DNA from: Myxococcales bacterium | GTDB taxonomy: Bacteria; Myxococcota_A; Polyangia; Polyangiales; DASUME01 | Direction of reading: 5' to 3' | Assembly (NCBI GenBank): GCA_047601445.1 | Contig: JASGJH010000001.1 | Coordinates: 4,672,001-4,736,000 of the forward strand | Length of the DNA: 64,000 nt | Part shown: piece after piece, positions 31,111 to 41,318 of the stretch | How positions within the stretch are numbered: position 1 is the first letter of the stretch | Layout: each line of letters begins with the position of its first letter | Notes under the pieces: model-generated | Database searches by the model: none | What the model was told of the DNA's origin: nothing | The model's input: only the letters and a program-made list of their open reading frames with translations | Position numbers and translations under genes: made by a program

Positions 31111-31992
31111 TCACTCCGGCAGGGGAATGAACTCGACCGAGTCCCCGGGCACGAGCGCGAAGCGCCGCTCCTTCCAGTCTGCCTTGGCCTGCTCGATGCG
31201 CTCGGGACGACTCGAGACGAAGTTCCAGAACAGGTGACGTTCGCCATCGAGCGGGGCGCCCCCCACGATCACGAAGCGCGCCCCCTTCGCGCTCTCCACC
31301 TTGGCCTCGGTATCCGCGCGATAGACCCACATCTCGCCCTCCGCCACCGGCTCTCCCTGCGTGAGCACCTGTCCCTCGACCACGTAGATGGCGCGCTCCT
31401 CACACGCGGGCAGCGTGAGGCTGGCGGAGGGCTCCAGCTCGACGGCCACGTAGAGCGTCTCCATCGGTAGCTGTACCGGCGAGCTCAAGCCGTAGGCGCT
31501 CCCGAGGATCACGCTGATCTTGGCTCCCTGCTGGGAGCGGCTGGGGATCGAGTCCGCCGCGTAGTGGCGGAAGCTCGGTGCGTCTTCTTCGCGGGCGCTG
31601 GGCAGCCCCAACCAGAGCTGGATGCCGTGCAGCGCTTGGCCCTCCGCTTTGACCTCGGACGTGGTGCGCTCCGAATGCACGATGCCGCTGCCTGCGATCA
31701 TGAGGTTCACGGCGCCAGGACGAATAGCCTGCTCGTAACCCAGGCTGTCGCGGTGCAGGATCTCGCCCTCGAACAAGTAGGTCACCGTGGCCAAGTTGAT
31801 GTGGGGATGGGGACGCACGTCGATGGCGTGACCAGGTTCGAAGCGCGTCGGCCCCATGTGATCGAGGAACACGAAGGGTCCCACGCGCCGGTGTCGCGGC
31901 GAGGGCAGGATGCGGCGCACCGTGAAGCCGCCGAGATCGCGCGCACGGGCCTGGATGAAGGCCAGCGGCCCGCTCGATTCATTGTTCGCCAT
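31111..31992 (-). CDS. Pirin-family protein
   Basis: GPFVFLDH, HPH, HRDSLG, GIVHSE. Confidence 0.95.
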   Translation of the reverse strand: MANNESSGPLAFIQARARDLGGFTVRRILPSPRHRRVGPFVFLDHMGPTRFEPGHAIDVRPHPHINLATVTYLFEGEILHRDSLGYEQAIRPGAVNLMIAGSGIVHSERTTSEVKAEGQALHGIQLWLGLPSAREEDAPSFRHYAADSIPSRSQQGAKISVILGSAYGLSSPVQLPMETLYVAVELEPSASLTLPACEERAIYVVEGQVLTQGEPVAEGEMWVYRADTEAKVESAKGARFVIVGGAPLDGERHLFWNFVSSRPERIEQAKADWKERRFALVPGDSVEFIPLPE

Positions 31993-32379
31993 CCTGCGAT
32001 CGTGGGCGGTTGGCGCGGCCGAGTCGAGCTGGATTTGACTGCATCGCGGCCCGCGCTCCGGGGCGCGCCGCCGTCTGCTCCGCTCGGGGGAAGCGGTGAA
32101 CAGACGGCGGCGCCCGTTCCATGGGGGCCGGCGCTCGCAGACGCACGCGGGTCATGTCGCTCGCGCCGAAGTGAAAGCACTGCAAGTTCCCTGCCCGTCC
32201 GGCCGCACGTGCCCGCGCGCACGGAGGCCGAACGTGCGAAAGCGTCGAACTCCCGAGATTCATCGGAAGAACGGCGGTGCGGGTGCCCTTACGGGACGCG
32301 TTCGCACGGAGCGCTCACTGCTGAACGCGCTACGCCGCGCCTCACCTCATCGCGTCTGCCTCAGCGCGGAAGGCGAGGA

Positions 32380-33627
32380 TCAGATGCCGAACAGCGGGTC
32401 GTTCGACTTGCTGTCGACGTTGCCCACGCTGCGCGGCTTCTCGCCGCCACCCTTGCGACGCACTCCACCCTGGGCGCGTGCGACCTTGGTGCGCTTCATG
32501 AACTTGCCGCGCTTGGCCTGCTTGGCCTTGCCCTTACCCTTGGCCACCGGCTGCGCGTCGTCTTCCTCGGCCGCGCCGTTGCTCTTGAGGCCCGCCGCCA
32601 ACATGGCCGACACGCTGCCGGGAGCCGGAGCGTTCGCCGCCGTGGTGGGGACCTGCGCCAGCTTGGCGCGCTCGGCTGCCGCCGCCGCCGCTGCGCGCGC
32701 TTCCTCTGCCGCGCGAGCTTCTTCGGCTGCGATCTCGAGCTGGCGTGCCTTGAGGGCAGCCTCCACGCGAGCCTCCTCGGCCTTCTGCGCGTTGATGGCG
32801 CGCATCCCGAACACGCCGGCCAAGCCCACCACGGCCGCCAGGGCCACCGGCTTGATCCAGCCCCCGGAGGAGCGGCGCGGCTTGGTGAACACGACGTCGT
32901 CGTCGGCGTAGGACTTGGGTGCGGGAGCGAGTGAAGGGCTCAGCTCGACCGAGGCCGCCTGCATGGGAGCACCAAACGGGTCCTGGACGTGGGCCTGGTG
33001 CTGCGCATAGGCCTGCTGCTGCGCATAGGCCTGCTGCTGCGCATAGGCCTGCTGCTCGTACGCCGCCTGCTGCTGCGCGTAAGCCTGCTGCTCGTACGCC
33101 GCCTGCTGCTGCGCGTAAGCCTGCTGCTCGTACGCCGCCTGCTGCTGCGCGTAAGCCTGCTGCTGTTCGTACTCGGCCTGCGCCTGTGCGTAGGCGGCAG
33201 CCTGCTGCTCGTATTCGGCCTGCTGCTGCGCGTACGCCTGCTGCTGCTCGTATTCGGCCTGCTGCTGTGCGTACGCCTGCTGCTGCGCGTAGTACGCCTG
33301 CTGCTCGGCATAGGCCGCCGCTTCAGCCTGCTGCTGATGGTAGGCCGCCCATTGCGCCTCGTACGCCGCCTGCTGCTCGGCTCGGGCGCGCGCGTCTTCT
33401 TCCTGCTGCCGCTCGTAGGCGGCCCACTGCGCTTCGTACTCGGCTTGCTGCTGGTCCTGGGCGTGGTGGTCGGCCGCTCCGTGCTCACTGTGCGCCTCGT
33501 AGCCCTGGGAAGCCTGGTCCCAGTCGCGCTGCTCGGCCTGCGCCCGCAAGAGCGCCCAGTCCGGCTCGGCCTCGAAGTCGTCGCCGTCGTCGACGTAGCC
33601 CGCCTGCTGTCCCCTGCTTGCACCCAC
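32380..33627 (-). CDS. Hypothetical protein with a Q/A/Y-rich repeat region and one TM segment
   Basis: GTG after GGAGG; AYEQQAYAQQQA repeats; WIKPVALAAVVGLAGVFGM TM. Confidence 0.7.
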   Translation of the reverse strand: MGASRGQQAGYVDDGDDFEAEPDWALLRAQAEQRDWDQASQGYEAHSEHGAADHHAQDQQQAEYEAQWAAYERQQEEDARARAEQQAAYEAQWAAYHQQQAEAAAYAEQQAYYAQQQAYAQQQAEYEQQQAYAQQQAEYEQQAAAYAQAQAEYEQQQAYAQQQAAYEQQAYAQQQAAYEQQAYAQQQAAYEQQAYAQQQAYAQQQAYAQHQAHVQDPFGAPMQAASVELSPSLAPAPKSYADDDVVFTKPRRSSGGWIKPVALAAVVGLAGVFGMRAINAQKAEEARVEAALKARQLEIAAEEARAAEEARAAAAAAAERAKLAQVPTTAANAPAPGSVSAMLAAGLKSNGAAEEDDAQPVAKGKGKAKQAKRGKFMKRTKVARAQGGVRRKGGGEKPRSVGNVDSKSNDPLFGI

Positions 33628-33978
33628 GGTAAGCCTCCATCCTTGCTCGCTCGCGGGGAACCCCGCGGGCTTCGACCTGACGGGAGGTCCGGCGCTCGGC
33701 GCCGGCTCCCACAAGAGGCGCCACGATAACAAGAGGTGCGCCCGGGGTTTCATACGGAGATCGCGGGCTAACCCACCGATGCACCAGAAATCCGGTTCGG
33801 GATCGGAAAATTCCGGTGGAGTGGTCCAACAGTGGCTCGCCAAAGGGCCCAACTCATTGAGCTCAAAAAGTAATCTCGTGAGGGAGAAAACCACTGGGTC
33901 GGCTTTCTCGGTCGGTTCGGACGACGTAGCCTTGCCTTCTCGGGGCCGCTGCTTTTCGCGGCCTCGACCCTTCGACCC

Positions 33979-35379
33979 ATGCCGAAACCCGCCAGCAGCT
34001 CCTTCCTCGACCAACTCGCCCGCGAATTCCCTGCCGATTTCTTCTCGCGTGAGCAGGACGATCTCGACACCTACGGGCGGGACTGGACACGCGTATACGC
34101 CCCCGCTCCGAGCGCCATCGCACTGCCCCGCACCACCGAGGAGGTCGCCCGGCTCGTGCGCCTCTGCAACGAGGCCCAGGTGGCGGTGGTGCCCTCTGGA
34201 GGACGCACCGGGTTGGCCGGAGGCGCGGTGGCCAAGGACGGGGAAATCGTGCTCTCGCTGGCGCGCATGCGCCGCATGGATCCGGTCGATCTCCTCGGCG
34301 CCACGGTGCGCGTACAGGCCGGCGCCGTCACCGAGGCAGTGCACCAGCACTGCGCGGAGCACGGGCTCACGTGGCCGGTGGACTTCGCTTCCAAGGGCTC
34401 GAGCCAGGTCGGCGGCAACATCGCTACCAACGCCGGCGGCGTAAAGGTCATCCGCTACGGGTTGACCCGCCAGTGGGTGCTCGGACTCCAGGTGGTCACG
34501 CCCAGTGGCGAGATCCTGGAGCTCAACGGGGCGCTCGAAAAGAACAACACCGGCACCGACCTCCGTCAGCTGTTCATCGGCTCGGAAGGCACGCTCGGCA
34601 TCGTCACCGAAGCCACGCTCAAGCTGACGCGCTTGCCCGAGAAGCAGTCGGTGCTCCTGTTTGCGGTAGACGACGTGCCCGCCGTGCTGCGGCTTTTCCG
34701 CGACACGCGCAAGGCCCCCTTCACGTTAGCCGCCTACGAGTTCTTCACCGATCGCTGCCTCGCGCGCGTCACGCGTCACCGCAAGGTGCGCACTCCCTTC
34801 GAGCAGGCCCACCGTTGTTACGTGCTGGTGGAGCTCGAAGACGCCGACGCTGACAAGCTAGAAGCCTGGGTCTCCTCCCTGTTCGAGCGCGGACTCATCC
34901 TGGACGGCACGTTGGCCCAAAACTCCTCGCAGGCGGCCGAGCTCTGGAGCCTGCGCGAAGGCATCAGCGAGAGCCTCAGCGCCACCGGACTCCCTCACAA
35001 GAACGACATCTCTCTGCCCGTGGCCGCGCTCGAGGCATTCACGGCGGAGCTCGAGGCCATCTTCGCAGCCAACTATCCGGACTGGGAGATTTGCCTATTC
35101 GGGCACATCGGAGACGGCAACCTGCACGTCAACGTGATGAAGCCCGAGGCGCTCGAGAAAGCAGCCTTCCTCAAGCAAACCTCGGCCGCAGACCACCACA
35201 TGTTCGACCTGGTGAAGAAGCACCACGGCAGCATCTCGGCGGAGCACGGCATCGGCCTGCTCAAGAAGCCCTACCTGAACTACTCGCGGACCCCGGAAGA
35301 GCTCGCCGTACTCAAGGCCGTCAAGCGCGCGCTCGACCCCAACGGCATCCTCAACCCCGGCAAGATCCTCGACGCTTGA
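33979..35379 (+). CDS. FAD-binding oxidoreductase (D-2-hydroxyglutarate/D-lactate dehydrogenase family)
   Basis: PSGGRTGLAGGA, GGNIATNAGG, GSEGTLG, HIGDGNLH, SAEHGIG. Confidence 0.92.
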   Translation: MPKPASSSFLDQLAREFPADFFSREQDDLDTYGRDWTRVYAPAPSAIALPRTTEEVARLVRLCNEAQVAVVPSGGRTGLAGGAVAKDGEIVLSLARMRRMDPVDLLGATVRVQAGAVTEAVHQHCAEHGLTWPVDFASKGSSQVGGNIATNAGGVKVIRYGLTRQWVLGLQVVTPSGEILELNGALEKNNTGTDLRQLFIGSEGTLGIVTEATLKLTRLPEKQSVLLFAVDDVPAVLRLFRDTRKAPFTLAAYEFFTDRCLARVTRHRKVRTPFEQAHRCYVLVELEDADADKLEAWVSSLFERGLILDGTLAQNSSQAAELWSLREGISESLSATGLPHKNDISLPVAALEAFTAELEAIFAANYPDWEICLFGHIGDGNLHVNVMKPEALEKAAFLKQTSAADHHMFDLVKKHHGSISAEHGIGLLKKPYLNYSRTPEELAVLKAVKRALDPNGILNPGKILDA

Positions 35380-35423
35380 GCGGCCCCGCTCCCGGTCTCG
35401 TCGGCGAGCTCGCTGGCCAGTTG

Positions 35424-36782
35424 CTACGGAGCGTTCGCTTCGCTCGGAAGCCCGGGCGCCGAGTGCAAGCCGATATACTCGGCCAGCTCGTGCTCGATGC
35501 GCGCGACGAGTTGCTCGGCGATCTTGTTGGGGACCACGGGCTCCACCCATCCGATGCCGATGTTGAGCGCACCTCGAAAGCTGGTCACCGAAGCCCCCAG
35601 CGTGGACGCCACGGAGCCTGCGGCCACGAAGTGCAGATCCATCAGCTCGAGCGCGCCGTACTCCGACGCCACGCCGAGCTGCTCGAGTGCACCGAGGTTG
35701 CTTTGGCTGAAGGTGTTGATCAACACCTTGTTCTCCGCGAACACGCGGAACTTGGGTAGGTCCCCCGTGGTCCCTTCGCTGCGCTTGGTGAGCATCGGTC
35801 CAAGGATGGGCCCCGAGATCAGCGGCGTCCCGCGCGCCTTGCTGGCGCGTATTTCGGCGGTGATCTCCCGCGCCAGGTCGCCCAACGGCTGCCCTGGGTC
35901 GACGAGATGGTTGGTCTCGAGCGACGACACATAGTAACCGACCGCCTCACCGATCGCAGGCAGCTTCGGATAGCAGGCGCGCACGTAACGCCGCAGGTCG
36001 ACCGGATGCATGATGCGCTCTTGAACGGGACCCGGCCCGAGCTGCGCAGCGACGGCTTTCGCCATGGCGGCGCTGACCACGCCATGCACGGTGGCCCCGT
36101 CTTGGCGAGCGCGCTGCTGCAGCATGAGGCTTTCCTCGCGCGGGATCTGCAGGCGAGCCAGGCGAAAGAAGCGAGGGCCCTCGGGGTCCTTGCGCAGCCG
36201 CTGCGGCTTGGGTGTCCGCCTGGCGCGCGCCAGTACGCGGAAGGTGCGCAGCTTCCAGAGCAGCGAGCCATGTCCCTGGGGATAGAAGTTCGACTGCGCC
36301 GGCGCAGGCACCGGTTCGAGGGAGAGCCCGGGATGGGCCGCGAGCCGTAGCAGGTCGCGCATCGCAAAGATGCCCGAGCTGCCGTCGCTCACCAGGTGAT
36401 GGAACAGGAGCAGCAAGGTGGAGTCGCGTTCGCCGTGGCGCAGCCAGGTAAGCTCTGCGCGAGGACCGGAGTCGTTCCAGACACGATGGGCGAGCGCTTG
36501 CTCTGCGAGCTTTCGCCAGGCCTCCTCGGGCCCATCGAGCGTGGTGAGCGGAATGGGGTGCGCCTCGCCCAGCACGAACGCAGTGCCCGACGCGCTGCGC
36601 TCCACACGCGCGCGCAACAGCGGATGACGCAGCTCGAGGCGGCGCAACGCGCTGTGCAGGTGCTCCGCGCTCAACACACCATGCACGCGAGCGATGACGA
36701 TGAAGTTGAGACTGGAGCCGCGGTCGAACACGTCGACCGTGCGCTCCACGGGAGCAAGCAAGCGCCGTTCAGACATACTCAA
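35424..36782 (-). CDS. Stand-alone condensation/PapA5-like CoA-dependent acyltransferase
   Basis: RHPLLR and HHLVSDG (HHxxxDG). Confidence 0.85.
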   Translation of the reverse strand: MSMSERRLLAPVERTVDVFDRGSSLNFIVIARVHGVLSAEHLHSALRRLELRHPLLRARVERSASGTAFVLGEAHPIPLTTLDGPEEAWRKLAEQALAHRVWNDSGPRAELTWLRHGERDSTLLLLFHHLVSDGSSGIFAMRDLLRLAAHPGLSLEPVPAPAQSNFYPQGHGSLLWKLRTFRVLARARRTPKPQRLRKDPEGPRFFRLARLQIPREESLMLQQRARQDGATVHGVVSAAMAKAVAAQLGPGPVQERIMHPVDLRRYVRACYPKLPAIGEAVGYYVSSLETNHLVDPGQPLGDLAREITAEIRASKARGTPLISGPILGPMLTKRSEGTTGDLPKFRVFAENKVLINTFSQSNLGALEQLGVASEYGALELMDLHFVAAGSVASTLGASVTSFRGALNIGIGWVEPVVPNKIAEQLVARIEHELAEYIGLHSAPGLPSEANAP

Positions 36783-36838
36783 ACCTTACTCCTCCCGATC
36801 CTCCACGCTTGTTGCTTCACCCTTCCATTCTTTCCAGG

Positions 36839-37281
36839 ACGTCCTCCTCAACGTTCTCCTGTCCTGGCGTTCTCCTTTGGTCTGGGCCGGTGCTTCGGTG
36901 AGGCAGGTTTGTGGGGCGCGGGCTTTGTCGCGTCGTCGGTGGCAGTGTGACTTCGGAGTGGCAAAGGTTTCGATGCCGGCCCGTCTGTTGGAGACGCTCG
37001 TTCGACAAAGCGCGGGCAGCGCGGGCCCCACAAACCTGCCTCACCTGCGCTCGACCTCAAGCGAAGGTGGCGGGGGGCCTGGGCGCCGCAAAGCAGGCGC
37101 TTGGGTCGCACTGGCGTCCTCACAGGCGGACCGGCCGTCGACGCGCGCTCAACTCTTGTCCCACCGCCTCCATCGACCGACGAATGCCGCCGCTTTGCGA
37201 CGCCCAGGCCCCCCGCCACCGTAGTGACGGCCAAGACCAGAGCGAACACTGGGGCAAGAGAACGTTGAGTAGAGGGGACGT
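36839..37281. repeat. Nested inverted-repeat structure: outer ~50-bp IR enclosing two hairpin elements
   Basis: Outer 36839-36889 vs 37228-37281; inner 36897-37045 (21-bp perfect IR) and 37066-37220 (29-bp IR, 1 mismatch). Confidence 0.8.
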
Positions 37282-37297
37282 TGTGAGGGGGGACCGC

Positions 37298-38539
<1,242 letters not shown>

Positions 38540-38711
38540 GGAAAACTCCGGGCACGGCTCTTACGCCAAGGGAGCCACACGTTCAAGAGCCGGAGCTCGC
38601 ACAAACCCGCGCAGCCAAAAGCACAACTCCGGGTCGGGCGAGGTCGGCCGGGGCCCAGACCGGCGCTTGAACCGGCGGCCCTTTCTTGCCAGGGTGGCGC
38701 CCTATTCGTCG

Positions 38712-39335
38712 ATGTCCGCCCCCTCGCGTTACCCAGCATCACCCGCCCGGCCCTCACGTTGGGCAGCCGCCCTCTTCCTGAGGCTAGTCCTCGCAGACAG
38801 CGCTGCCTGCGGCGGTGAGCAGGCGGAGGCAGGCGGGCCTGGCCCCGTCGATGCTGGTACGAGGGACGCCGGGCCGGACGCCAGCGCCAGCCAAGCGTTG
38901 CTCATCGATCACAAGAGCTGGCAGCGCTACGACCGCAGCGAGGACCCCCTGGCCTCCGAGCAACCGGTCGAGATCGACTGCGGCATCGCCGGCTTCTACG
39001 TGGAGCGCGGCGAGTTCGAGGTCGACACCACGCGCTGCAACTACCTGCTGGTCTTCCACCCTTCGCTGCGCGGCGTGCGGGCCGGCCAGCGCGTGCAGCT
39101 CGAGCTGCGGCACTTCGACCTGGAAGCGGCCGAGCCTGCAGAAGCCCACGTCGCGATCCTGTTCCGCGATCAGCTGCAGTGGGAGATCAAGATCCCCATC
39201 CCTCAGGCCGCCGAGACCATCGACACCGAGTTCACGGCGACGACCGATCTCGCGCCCGGCGACCCGATCCGCCTGCACCTGCACAACCACGGACAGAACA
39301 TGTACACGTTCGCCTGGCTGCGTGCCGTGGACTGA
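38712..39335 (+). CDS. Hypothetical (possibly exported) protein
   Basis: Coding-like codon bias, DAG linker, HLHNHG motif; start uncertain. Confidence 0.55.
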   Translation: MSAPSRYPASPARPSRWAAALFLRLVLADSAACGGEQAEAGGPGPVDAGTRDAGPDASASQALLIDHKSWQRYDRSEDPLASEQPVEIDCGIAGFYVERGEFEVDTTRCNYLLVFHPSLRGVRAGQRVQLELRHFDLEAAEPAEAHVAILFRDQLQWEIKIPIPQAAETIDTEFTATTDLAPGDPIRLHLHNHGQNMYTFAWLRAVD

Positions 39336-39356
39336 GCCGCGGGCTTTTCCGGCCCC

Positions 39357-40253
39357 TCAGAGCACCACGATGTTTTCGATGCAGGAGAGATCGATGGTGG
39401 TCTCGATGCGGAAGTTGCTCTCGTCCGTGTGGCGCTCGGCCTGGAAGATGTCCATCGAGTAGCTCTCGCCCACCACGATCCCGAGCTGGTCGGCCAGCGT
39501 ATCGAGGTCGATGGTCTGCATGAGCGCGCTGTGTACGCCGCCCAGATCCACGGCCAGGTGATCATTGATGAACACCCAGAGGTCGTCGTCCCCGCGGAAG
39601 GTGAACTGCTCGCCGCCCTGATAGGTGAACTTGGTGTGGGCCTCGGTGGTGAACAGGAAGTTGTGCTTGGGATCTTCCACCGGGATGTTGAGCACCGGAA
39701 TCAGCTTGACCGGCCCGTTACCGAAGCCCTTGCCGTCGATGGGAAAGAAGTTGCTGTTGTCGTAGACGAAGACGCCCTTGCTCTCCTCGGTGAACTCAAT
39801 CTTGACGGGCACCCGCAGGTTCACGCCCTCCACGTCGCGGTACCACTGGTCGAACTCGGTCTTACCGGTGGTCACGGCGGTGGGGCCGCTGGGGGCGTAG
39901 ACGGGCTTCTTGTCCTTCCCGAGCCGCTCCTGGACGAGGCCCGGCATTTGGCCGCCGTAGCTCTCGAAGTCGGGGTGCTTCTCGGTGAAGTCGCGGACGA
40001 CTATCTCGAGGCCCATGTCGCACTCGCCGTCGTCGGGCGTTTGACCGCTGGGTGGGACCTTGGTTTCGTCGCCATCCCCATCGCCGTCGCCGTCTCCGTC
40101 GCCATCCCCATCCCCATCGCCCTCGGAGATACCCGAGTCTTTAACACTATTTACGGAACCGCCAGCGACCGTGGTGGCGGCCTCGTCAGGGGCGCACCCG
40201 AGGCCCAGCAACGTGATTCCAAGTGCCATCCGACGCCAACGACCCATGTGCAC
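39357..40253 (-). CDS. Fibro-slime (PA14-like) domain lipoprotein
   Basis: HPDFE, FFPIDG, HNFLFTTE, GDDDLWVFIN, DLGGVH, AERH. Confidence 0.92.
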   Translation of the reverse strand: MHMGRWRRMALGITLLGLGCAPDEAATTVAGGSVNSVKDSGISEGDGDGDGDGDGDGDGDGDETKVPPSGQTPDDGECDMGLEIVVRDFTEKHPDFESYGGQMPGLVQERLGKDKKPVYAPSGPTAVTTGKTEFDQWYRDVEGVNLRVPVKIEFTEESKGVFVYDNSNFFPIDGKGFGNGPVKLIPVLNIPVEDPKHNFLFTTEAHTKFTYQGGEQFTFRGDDDLWVFINDHLAVDLGGVHSALMQTIDLDTLADQLGIVVGESYSMDIFQAERHTDESNFRIETTIDLSCIENIVVL

Positions 40254-40547
40254 CCTCGCGCTCGGTCCGAAGGGCGCGGCGTGCGCCCGGAGCGAGCGGC
40301 GGTCTTGCCATGCTTGAAAACTTCAATTCAAGTGTTCACTGACGTCACGGTACATTCACTTGCACTTTGGCCAGCCGCCCATGTGGGGCAGATCACCAGA
40401 CTGAAGAGAGCCAACAAAACTGGAAAAATCCCGGATAGTGAGGGATATCTCAAAAAAGATCGCTCCCCGGTCGCTCTGTTCGCCGGAAGGAAACAAAGAG
40501 CTGTTAGAAGGGTCAGAAGCAGCCCAGTTGCCAACGAAGGAGACGAC

Positions 40548-40808
40548 ATGACCACCCTAGGCAACCTCAACAACTCCGACTGGACCGTCACCTGGCATGA
40601 GGCCTTTCAGGCCGAACGCGGTCGTCAGTGGATGTACGACGGCACGGCGAAGGAAGTTGCCGAGGCCATGGGCTGGAAGATCCTGGAAGCGCACGGCACC
40701 GAAGACATGGTGCTGGCCGAGCGAGAAAAGGGCCGCTGGATTGCCATCGGCGCTCTTCCGCACGGCTACGGCTACGGGTTCTGGTCGGTAGACATTCAGG
40801 CCTCCTGA
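40548..40808 (+). CDS. Small hypothetical protein (86 aa)
   Basis: AAGGAG RBS before ATG; protein-like composition. Confidence 0.6.
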   Translation: MTTLGNLNNSDWTVTWHEAFQAERGRQWMYDGTAKEVAEAMGWKILEAHGTEDMVLAEREKGRWIAIGALPHGYGYGFWSVDIQAS

Positions 40809-41318
40809 GTCTTCGAACGGAGCTTCCGGCTCTCCAGCGCCGACGCGCTCGTGGACGACCTAGGTCGCACGCGGTGCTCGGCGCGAGTGTCTTAAAGGGG
40901 GGACGGCTTCGCTTCTTCGCGTTTCGCTCCTGCGGCCGCCGCGGGAACTCGGGGAATCGAATGAGCCAAAGCGTTGACTTGTTTTGCCATCGCTAAAGCG
41001 GCTCGTAAGCCGCCAGTGAAGTCACTTAGCGACCTTGCAAATCTACAATCAATCCGGGCTTTTCCGTACCGTCCGAACAGAGGATGGGAGCGGCGCTGGA
41101 AAGCGCTGAGATCGCGTTTTTTCCCGACGAACTCGCGCTTTTTTCTGCGACAAGGTGTCGCAGGGAGCCGCGCGTGGGGCGCGTCCCCGACTCGCCAGAC
41201 AGTCCTCGCACTGCGGCAGAGCGTGGGGTTCTGACAGCGGACCGTGTGCCGTGGGGACCGCCGTCCGAGTGACTCGGGGAAGCGCGCGACGAGCGCGAGC
41301 AAGATGTGGAGGTTCGAC

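Noticed and set aside
32057..32310. Hairpins between pirin and the Q-rich gene
   Set aside because: Real but short GC-rich stems that I could not link to any family or to the other elements.
33628..34362. 5' extension of the Q-rich ORF
   Set aside because: It overlaps the FAD oxidoreductase antisense; a GGAGG-GTG start at 33627 is better supported.
35424..36782. NRPS gene cluster
   Set aside because: Single condensation-like domain with no adjacent adenylation or carrier domains.
36839..37281. Integron attC sites
   Set aside because: No convincing RYYYAAC/GTTRRRY boxes flanking cassette-like ORFs and no integrase.
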